A stretch of DNA of 64,000 nt from Planctomycetaceae bacterium (GTDB lineage: Bacteria > Planctomycetota > Planctomycetia > Pirellulales > Pirellulaceae): contig SYJV01000175.1 of the NCBI GenBank assembly GCA_005798335.1, positions 3,280 through 67,279 on the forward strand, written 5' to 3'. Every line of letters begins with the position of its first letter. Positions within the stretch are counted from its first letter, which is position 1. A program made the translations under genes and the position numbers. Shown here in pieces: positions 57,135 to 64,000 of this stretch. The notes below the pieces were generated by a model. It searched no databases. It had not been told where the DNA came from and worked only from the letters and a program-made list of their open reading frames with translations.

Positions 57135-60100
57135 ATGATCCCGCTCATATTTAAGCGGCCCGCGATTTGCTTGTTTAACCCGCAGCCGCAGGCGAGGACT
57201 ATCTACGTTTACGCGATTTACCGCAGTTGTCCTCGCCTGTGGCTGCGGGTTAAACACAATACCGTTCAACGAACGTGGGATAAGCTTCCAGCTTGTCAAC
57301 CTGTAGCGGAGTTTCGCCATTGCTTGCACAAGATATTGACAAGCTGGAAGCTTATCCCACGTTCGTTGAACGGTATTGGGGTTAAACAAGCGAATCGCGG
57401 GCCGCTTGGGGTCATCTTCCTACTTGGCGCAATTCTCAGTCTGAGCAATCCTGAGCGAGCTCAAGGCGTTCAGACGGGCCCGCCAGAAAGCTTAGAAGTG
57501 CTGTTCTGGGGCGACAACGGTCATCATCAACCAGCCGCGCGCGCTCAGCAGCTCATACCAGTTCTGGCAAGTCGCGGAATCCGCGTTCAGTATTCAGACA
57601 ATTCCGATGACCTGAATCTCGATAACTTGAAGAAGTTCCATGGCCTAATACTGTACGCCAACACGACGCGCATCGAACCTGCACAAGAATCGGCCTTGCT
57701 GGAGTATGTTGCGCAAGGCGGCGGTTTTGTTCCTTTACACTGCGCATCGTATTGTTTCTTGAATTCATCCCCCTACATCGATTTGGTGGGCGCCCAGTTT
57801 CTAAAACACGGCGCAGAAACGATGGCTACCAAGATCGTTGCACCCGATCACCCGATCATGCGCGGTTTTTCGGGATTTCAGAGCTTCGATGAAACCTACA
57901 TTCACACCAAACACAACGATCGCAATCGAATCATCTTGGAAGTTCGCGAGCAGGGTGGCCAGGCTGAAGGCAGATCCGCCGAGCCCTGGACATGGGTTCG
58001 CACCCACGGATCAGGTCGAGTTTTTTACACTGCCTGGGGACACGATCATCGCACTTGGGGGCATCCGGGGTTTCATGCTCTTGTCGAACGAGGAATTCGT
58101 TGGGCGTGTGGCAGCGACCAGGCACTAAATCAACCCTACCTCGATCAAGAAGTATTTGCAGTACCAGAAATGACCACACTGGCTGGCGACTTGGTACCTT
58201 TTGAATACGAAGATGTGGGACCAAAAATTCCCAACTATCCTGTAAGTGAACGTTGGGGAGTCTTGGGCCAGAACAAGTCACGCATGCAGAAACCGCTGCC
58301 GCCTTCGCATTCGATCAAACACTTCGTTACACCTGAGAACTTCCATTTGGAACTGTTCGCCTCAGAACCCGAGATTCAAGGCAAGCCCATTGCTATGAAT
58401 TGGGACCATCGAGGCAGACTGTGGCTGTGCGAGACCATCGATTATCCCAACGAATTGCGCCCGCCAGGTGAAGGCCGCGACCGGATTCGCATTTGTGAAG
58501 ATACCAACGGAGACGGACGAGCGGACAAATTCACCGTATTTGCCGAAAACCTCAGCGTACCCACGGCCATCGAGTTCTACCGTGACGGCGCAATTGTACA
58601 CGCGGGAGTCGAAACGCTGTTCCTGCGCGATACTAACGGCGATGATCGCGCCGACCAGCGCGATGTGCTGATTACTGGTTGGGCCATGAACGATACGCAC
58701 GGCGGTGTCAGCAATTTCCAATACGGACTCGATAATCGCTATTGGGCCATGCAAGGCTACAACAACTCGCGCCCTAAATTTGCAGGCGGCAGCCATCCCG
58801 GATTCCGGCAAGGTCCCTTCAACTTTGTGGTGGACGGCGTTCAGGCACCAGCAGTTCCAAGTGTCGAATTCGTCCGTTCGACGACGAATAACAGTTGGGG
58901 ATTGGGAATCAGCGAAGAAGGGTTGGTATTCGCCTCGACTGCTAATCGAGCCCCCAGTTTTTTTGTGCCGATTCCAAATCGTTACTATGAACGAGTACGA
59001 GGCTGGAGCGCATCTCTAATCGCCGATGCAATCTTTGACACGCACTTGTTCAAGCCGATCACTCAAAATGTGCGGCAAGTCGATCATCACGGGGGATACA
59101 CCGCTGGTGCTGGGCACGCACTCTATACAGCGCGGAATTATCCACAGTCTTGGTGGAACCGCGTGGCGTTTGTGTGCGGTCCAACGGGTCACTTGGTAGG
59201 TACCTTTGTCTTGCGTCGCGAGGGAGCCACCTATCGCGACACCAACCCGTTCAACCTGCTGGCAAGCGACGATGAATGGTCCGCTCCCATCATGGCCGAA
59301 GTTGGACCGGACGGAAATGTGTGGGTCATCGATTGGTACAACTTTATTGTCCAGCACAACCCGACGCCCCAAGGTTTTTCCACCGGTCAAGGCAATGCCT
59401 ACGAAACGGATTTGCGCGACAAGAAACATGGACGCATCTATCGCGTCGTTTACGATGGTCCCGACGCTGGGCACGCACCTTCGCCGGATCTTTCGTCAGA
59501 AAATGCGGCAGGCTTGGTCACCGCACTATCGCATCCTAACCGGCTGTGGAGACGACATGCACAGCGCTTGCTGGTGGAACACAATCATAGGGATGTCATC
59601 GGCCAGTTGTTAAGACTAGTCAAAGAGCCGTCAATGGATGCCGCTGGTCTGAATGTAGGAGCTATTCACGCGCTGTGGACATTGAAGGGAATCGGAGCCA
59701 TCAACGAGCAAGCGAAAGATGTAATGCAAGCGATCTCGGCCGCACTTCGGCATCAGTCTGCGGGAGTTCGCCGCAATGCCGTTCTCGTCCTGCCACCATC
59801 AGAGCACTCGATCAGTGCTATTGAAAACGCAGGCATCCTAGCCGATTCCAATCTTCAAGTTCGCCTGGCGGCGTTTCTCGCACTAGCCGATATGCCGGAG
59901 AATGCTCAGGCAGGCGAATTGCTGGCTCGCGCGGCACATGTGCCAGAAAACGTTGCGGATCGATGGTTAAAAGAAGCGATCATTTGCGCCGGAGCTAGCC
60001 ATGCCAGTTCGTTTCTAGCTGGACTTTTGGGAGCGAACCTTCAGTCGAGCACCTCAACCGCAGGAGGCGAAGTCGCCGTGCCAACTGGCAGAATCGAAAT

Positions 60101-61850
60101 CGCCACCGTGTTGGCTGAACACTTGGCGCGCGGCAAACCGAATACACAGCAGCTTACTCAACTCCTGTCGAAGGCTCGCGCTGCTCATCCTACGATCGCA
60201 CAAGCTGTAATTCGGGGACTGGCGCTCGGCTGGCCTCGCGACTATCAACCTGAAATGACGCAGATCCTCGAAGCGGAACTTGATCAGCTCGTTGTTCAAC
60301 TGCCGATATCCGCGCGCGGTCAGCTTGTGCAACTGGCAGGGAACTGGGGGAGCGACAAACTCAAGAAATACGCCGCTGAAATAAAGCGCGACTTGATGGA
60401 GTCAGTAACCAATGCCAGCCTGTCCGAACAACAGAGAATTGCTGCTGCCCAAAATGTCATCGACATTTCCCCCAACGACGCGGAAGTGGTCAGCCAACTG
60501 GTGCAACAAGTGACACCGCAATTGTCGCCTGCCGTTGCTTCAGGGATTATTCGCGCTCTGTCTGCTAGTCGAGCAACCAATTTGGCTCGGACGCTCGTTA
60601 GTAGTTGGGGACGGCTGACTCCCTCGATGCGCGCTGATGCGATGACGGTGTTACTGGCGCGACCTGAGTCGACCGCGCACATGATGGAAGCAGTCTCGCA
60701 AGGTTTCTTGACGATATCCGACCTATCACTCGACCAGCGGCAAACGCTGCGCACGCATCCAGACCGTGATATTCGTACAGCAGCCAATCGCATGCTCGCC
60801 AATACTGGCGGCTTGCCAAATGCGGACCGCCAAAAAGTAATCGACGAATTTCGCTCGGCGACTCTTGCGACAGGCAATCCAACGCTTGGCAAACAGATCT
60901 TTGTGAAAAACTGCGGCAACTGCCATAGGCACTCGGGCGAAGGCCAGGAGATTGGTCCAGACCTGACGGGAATGGCGGTGCATCCCAAAGCGGAACTCTT
61001 GATCCACATACTGGATCCGAGCAGAAGTGTAGAAGGGAATTTCCGTCGCTATACGGTTTTGACCAACGACGGAAAAGTTATCGCGGGCATGCTGGCCGCT
61101 GAGTCGCTGACAGCGATCGAATTAATCGATGGAGAAGGCAAGCGTCATTCGATCTCGCGTGTTGACGTCGAGCAATTATCCTCGACCAACAAATCCGTGA
61201 TGCCCGAAGGAATTGAAACACAGATCAAGCAACCGGACATGGTCGACTTACTGGAGTTTCTAACCAGCAAGGGACGCTTTGTTCCGTTGCCGCTGGGGAG
61301 CGTCGCGACAGCGGTCAGCACCAAAGGTCTATTCCACGACGGCGATAACGGTCCGGATCGGATGGTGTTCGATGACTGGAAACCGAAAGTCTTTGGCGGC
61401 GTTCCCTTTCATGTGATCGATCCGATTGGCAAGTCTCGTCCAAACATTGTGTTGCTGAATGGTCCCAACGGATCATTGCCGCCCAAAATGCCGCGCAGCG
61501 TGACTTTGCCATGCAATATGGTTCTCAAGAGCCTGCATATGCTCAGCGGCGTCAGCGGCTGGGGCCATCCCGCGTCGCGTGCCGGTTCAACCAGTTTGAT
61601 TGTCCGGTTCCATTATATGGACGGTCAAACCGAAGATCATGAACTGAGAAACGGCGTGCATTTCGCTGACTACATTCGTAGAATCGACGTTCCTGAATCT
61701 CAATTCGCATTCCGTTTGCGCGGTCAACAAATTCGCTATCTGGCCGTAAGTCCCAAACAACGCACTGTTGTGCGTGATATCGAACTGTTGAAAGGAAACG
61801 ATTCCAGCGCACCAATCGTAATGTCGATGACGGCCGAACAATTTCAATAG
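57135..61850 (+). CDS. ThuA-like domain / PVC-type membrane-bound dehydrogenase domain / HEAT-like repeats / cytochrome c (CxxCH) fusion protein
   Basis: ThuA-like region (LEVLFWGDNGHHQ...GGGFVPLHCAS...FYTAWGHD), dehydrogenase N-domain (FHLELFASEPEIQGKPIAMNWDHRGRLWLCET...DTNGDGRADK), heme c site (GKQIFVKNCGNCHRHSGEG), then a ~250-aa C-terminal domain. The 5' end is problematic: codons 7-91 are encoded by palindromic repeats. The alternative start TTG 57366 would give MNGIGVKQANRGPLGVIFLLGAILSLSNPERAQG. Confidence 0.8.
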   Translation: MIPLIFKRPAICLFNPQPQARTIYVYAIYRSCPRLWLRVKHNTVQRTWDKLPACQPVAEFRHCLHKILTSWKLIPRSLNGIGVKQANRGPLGVIFLLGAILSLSNPERAQGVQTGPPESLEVLFWGDNGHHQPAARAQQLIPVLASRGIRVQYSDNSDDLNLDNLKKFHGLILYANTTRIEPAQESALLEYVAQGGGFVPLHCASYCFLNSSPYIDLVGAQFLKHGAETMATKIVAPDHPIMRGFSGFQSFDETYIHTKHNDRNRIILEVREQGGQAEGRSAEPWTWVRTHGSGRVFYTAWGHDHRTWGHPGFHALVERGIRWACGSDQALNQPYLDQEVFAVPEMTTLAGDLVPFEYEDVGPKIPNYPVSERWGVLGQNKSRMQKPLPPSHSIKHFVTPENFHLELFASEPEIQGKPIAMNWDHRGRLWLCETIDYPNELRPPGEGRDRIRICEDTNGDGRADKFTVFAENLSVPTAIEFYRDGAIVHAGVETLFLRDTNGDDRADQRDVLITGWAMNDTHGGVSNFQYGLDNRYWAMQGYNNSRPKFAGGSHPGFRQGPFNFVVDGVQAPAVPSVEFVRSTTNNSWGLGISEEGLVFASTANRAPSFFVPIPNRYYERVRGWSASLIADAIFDTHLFKPITQNVRQVDHHGGYTAGAGHALYTARNYPQSWWNRVAFVCGPTGHLVGTFVLRREGATYRDTNPFNLLASDDEWSAPIMAEVGPDGNVWVIDWYNFIVQHNPTPQGFSTGQGNAYETDLRDKKHGRIYRVVYDGPDAGHAPSPDLSSENAAGLVTALSHPNRLWRRHAQRLLVEHNHRDVIGQLLRLVKEPSMDAAGLNVGAIHALWTLKGIGAINEQAKDVMQAISAALRHQSAGVRRNAVLVLPPSEHSISAIENAGILADSNLQVRLAAFLALADMPENAQAGELLARAAHVPENVADRWLKEAIICAGASHASSFLAGLLGANLQSSTSTAGGEVAVPTGRIEIATVLAEHLARGKPNTQQLTQLLSKARAAHPTIAQAVIRGLALGWPRDYQPEMTQILEAELDQLVVQLPISARGQLVQLAGNWGSDKLKKYAAEIKRDLMESVTNASLSEQQRIAAAQNVIDISPNDAEVVSQLVQQVTPQLSPAVASGIIRALSASRATNLARTLVSSWGRLTPSMRADAMTVLLARPESTAHMMEAVSQGFLTISDLSLDQRQTLRTHPDRDIRTAANRMLANTGGLPNADRQKVIDEFRSATLATGNPTLGKQIFVKNCGNCHRHSGEGQEIGPDLTGMAVHPKAELLIHILDPSRSVEGNFRRYTVLTNDGKVIAGMLAAESLTAIELIDGEGKRHSISRVDVEQLSSTNKSVMPEGIETQIKQPDMVDLLEFLTSKGRFVPLPLGSVATAVSTKGLFHDGDNGPDRMVFDDWKPKVFGGVPFHVIDPIGKSRPNIVLLNGPNGSLPPKMPRSVTLPCNMVLKSLHMLSGVSGWGHPASRAGSTSLIVRFHYMDGQTEDHELRNGVHFADYIRRIDVPESQFAFRLRGQQIRYLAVSPKQRTVVRDIELLKGNDSSAPIVMSMTAEQFQ
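57153..57407. repeat. Composite palindrome: 123-bp hairpin element (family C) interrupted by MITE family B
   Basis: The outer arms aagcggcccgcgatttgcttgtttaacccgcagccgcaggcgaggac and gtcctcgcctgtggctgcgggttaaaca[...]agcgaatcgcgggccgctt match 45/47 once 57257..57388 is removed. The loop is tatctacgtttacgcgatttaccgcagtt. Confidence 0.85.
57247..57388. mobile_element. MITE family B copy 2: 122-bp element (57257..57378) with 10-bp target-site duplication gggttaaaca
   Basis: It matches the reverse complement of copy 1 at 120/122 positions. Its 43-bp terminal inverted repeats are perfect. The direct repeats gggttaaaca at 57247-57256 and 57379-57388 are identical. It is inserted in the right arm of the family C palindrome. 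Confidence 0.88.
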
Positions 61851-61967
61851 CAGCGCTCCTAGGGCGACGCTTTGCGGTTCACCGCTGGCGCTCTGTGCTG
61901 GGCTAGTTTGAGGATGGATTTTTCAGGCCGATGCGCCGCGAGCAAGTCATGCAATTCTTCGGCAATT

Positions 61968-64000
61968 TTATTGTCGGGTCGCTGCATGGTGCGGTACTTT
62001 GATTGGCTCGGATGCATTTGCAGGCGCTAGCGACGCAGCTTGCCCGCTGGGGACGCGTACCATGCGCAATAGACAATTGCTGTACCATGGCCCTGCGGGC
62101 AGGCGATCGTATGGGCACGGGACAGTTCCAGGAAAGTCGTGATTAGGGATAATCGGAAACTGCTCATTTCGCAATTCGGGCCAGAATCCTAATTCGTCCA
62201 CTTGGAGCTGTTCTTCGTCGAGGAACAATTGAATGCGGTCGAGAATATACCCAATATGCTGACGAGCCACCGCGCTCAGTGACGATGTGTAGGCTTGCTG
62301 GGCTTCCAAAAAGTCTCGCGCGGTAATGTTGCCATAACCGATGCGCAATTGTTCGCGCGTGCTAATGACGCGATCGTAGGCCAATGCCGCACTAGCGATC
62401 GCGATACTGTACTGATTTTGATCGAGTTCCAGTTGCCTAATGTCGTTGCGGATGGCAAGTTTAATACTATCTTCGGCCTCGATGATCGATCGCAGTGCCA
62501 CGTTATAGTCGATCAACGTCGTCCGGAACCGATTCCGTTCAACGCGACGATTCAGAGGTGCGTCGAATTGCAGCGCAAGCTGAGTTGTGCTGTTGTCGAA
62601 AGTGAAATCGAACGGATCGTCGATGCCGCTGCGCGTGCGAATCGCTTGCGAAGCCCGTACATTCAGGATACTGCGCAAATCGTCTCCGGCATACTTGATC
62701 TGCCGCCATGCGTCTGCCAACGCGGCTCGGCGATTCATCAAATCCAATCGCTGGACGAGCGCCGTTAGCATCGCTTGATCCATATCGACTTCGACCGGAA
62801 CCAATCCGCCAACATCCGAGTTAATGATGTTCGTGCTGGTGCGCAGGACCTCGGCAAATAACTGCTTCAGCTCGGCGGGCGAAGCAGCCATGGCGACTTT
62901 CTCCGCACGAAAGATCTCATCCGCCACAACTTGGCTTTGTTCAACCAAAACCAGCAAGTCGCGCGATTGGCGTTCCAGTTCAGCTTGGCGGTCAAATTGG
63001 CGATTGCTGTTGGCTTGCGCCATGGCTGTTGCCAACGCAGAACTCTTTTCCAGCAAACTCGCGGACATGACATCCAGTTTTTCGGCTGCGCCGGGGTCCG
63101 ACTTGTCTGTCGTCCGCAGTTGCTGCGTTCGCAATCGCAGCGCGCGGACAATCGACTCAATTAACTCCTGGCGATGAAAAAATATCAGCACCAATTCGTC
63201 CTGGCGATGTTGTAGATCATCCGCCAAAACAGCGCGACTTTGCTTGACTAAGGATAGAGCTTCCTCGGCATTGAGTTGGTTGATAAGCCGTGAATTTTCG
63301 AGCAACTCCGCTTGGGCGTGATCTGCTGCGGGGCTGAGCCGTTGCTGAAGTTGACGCAGAGTCAAAACGCGGCGAGCCAATTCGGCGGTTTGGCTGAGGA
63401 CCGCTTCTACGTTGCCTGTCTCGCGCGATTGCTCGGCAAGTATGTTGTCCAGTGATCGACGAACCAACTCTGCCGCAACAGTGGCTTCGTCTCGAAGAGT
63501 TAGATTCTCAAGTTCCGACAAGTCGACATTCAGCGGCATCTCGGTGGGCAAACCCACTCGGAACTTCAGTTGGTCCAGCGATCCTTCCAGACCGTTGCAG
63601 CTATTGACGATATTGCTGCGACTGCGCAGCGCATTTTGCTCGAATTGATCGACTTGAAATCGCGGGACGCGACCGGTGAGCTTCAGCTCGGCCTCGGACC
63701 GATAGAAACCGCGCAGATTGCTGAAATAATCTTGCGCATCGATCGCGATATTGCGATACGATAGCAACAGATTGTAGTATTGTGATGCCAAATCGCGAAA
63801 CAGAATCTTGCGGAATCGTACAAAATCGCGTGCCGCGTATACCACGTCGCGTTCGGCCTGGGTCAGTGCTTCGAAACGAATGTCACGCTGAATCAACGGC
63901 TGGGACAATTCAAACAGCAATTGCGAACTGACAGAAGAATCGAATCCTGCTGGACCATTAAAAGTCAGCACCACATCGTTGGCAAAACGAGCCGCTAAAT
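61968..64000 (-). CDS. TolC-family outer membrane efflux protein (5' end beyond window)
   Basis: Long coiled-coil-rich sequence with the paired OEP-repeat style (AQAERDVVYAARDF..., LDLMNRRAALADAWRQIKYAGDDL). The reading frame stays open upstream of the first listed start (63974) to the window edge. Confidence 0.7.
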   Translation of the reverse strand, partial: LAARFANDVVLTFNGPAGFDSSVSSQLLFELSQPLIQRDIRFEALTQAERDVVYAARDFVRFRKILFRDLASQYYNLLLSYRNIAIDAQDYFSNLRGFYRSEAELKLTGRVPRFQVDQFEQNALRSRSNIVNSCNGLEGSLDQLKFRVGLPTEMPLNVDLSELENLTLRDEATVAAELVRRSLDNILAEQSRETGNVEAVLSQTAELARRVLTLRQLQQRLSPAADHAQAELLENSRLINQLNAEEALSLVKQSRAVLADDLQHRQDELVLIFFHRQELIESIVRALRLRTQQLRTTDKSDPGAAEKLDVMSASLLEKSSALATAMAQANSNRQFDRQAELERQSRDLLVLVEQSQVVADEIFRAEKVAMAASPAELKQLFAEVLRTSTNIINSDVGGLVPVEVDMDQAMLTALVQRLDLMNRRAALADAWRQIKYAGDDLRSILNVRASQAIRTRSGIDDPFDFTFDNSTTQLALQFDAPLNRRVERNRFRTTLIDYNVALRSIIEAEDSIKLAIRNDIRQLELDQNQYSIAIASAALAYDRVISTREQLRIGYGNITARDFLEAQQAYTSSLSAVARQHIGYILDRIQLFLDEEQLQVDELGFWPELRNEQFPIIPNHDFPGTVPCPYDRLPAGPWYSNCLLRMVRVPSGQAASLAPANASEPIKVPHHAATRQ

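Overview
This 64-kb chromosomal window looks like a Planctomycetota (Pirellulales-type) genome. Supporting markers are a PVC-type CxxCH heme-binding dehydrogenase, DUF1080 and ThuA domains, a PEP-CTERM protein, a dockerin-tailed giant protein with the ...ESLEGRKLMA N-terminal motif, and Tat-exported oxidoreductases. I call about 38 protein genes. I saw no rRNA, tRNA or CRISPR array by eye. Housekeeping genes are def-fmt, putA, ychF, glgC, uvrC, truB, an aminotransferase, an RluA-type synthase and a GT9 heptosyltransferase. They are interspersed with secreted or hypothetical accessory genes. Two things stand out. (1) There are three families of 120-140 bp hairpin repeats. One is a 122-bp MITE with 43-bp terminal inverted repeats and perfect 10-bp target-site duplications. 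One copy of it is nested inside another 123-bp palindrome. The resulting 255-bp composite lies in frame, without stops, inside the signal-peptide coding region of a 1571-aa ThuA/dehydrogenase/cytochrome c gene, which resembles Rickettsia palindromic elements. (2) A co-directional minus-strand block (41.9-56.7 kb) encodes four proteins. They are an exosortase-like membrane protein with an EpsI-like C-terminus whose canonical Cys/Arg/His positions appear substituted, a TM+TPR protein, a 3127-aa Ig-like-repeat protein with a dockerin-like tail, and a PEP-CTERM protein. All homology statements come from motif recognition by eye. No database search was run.
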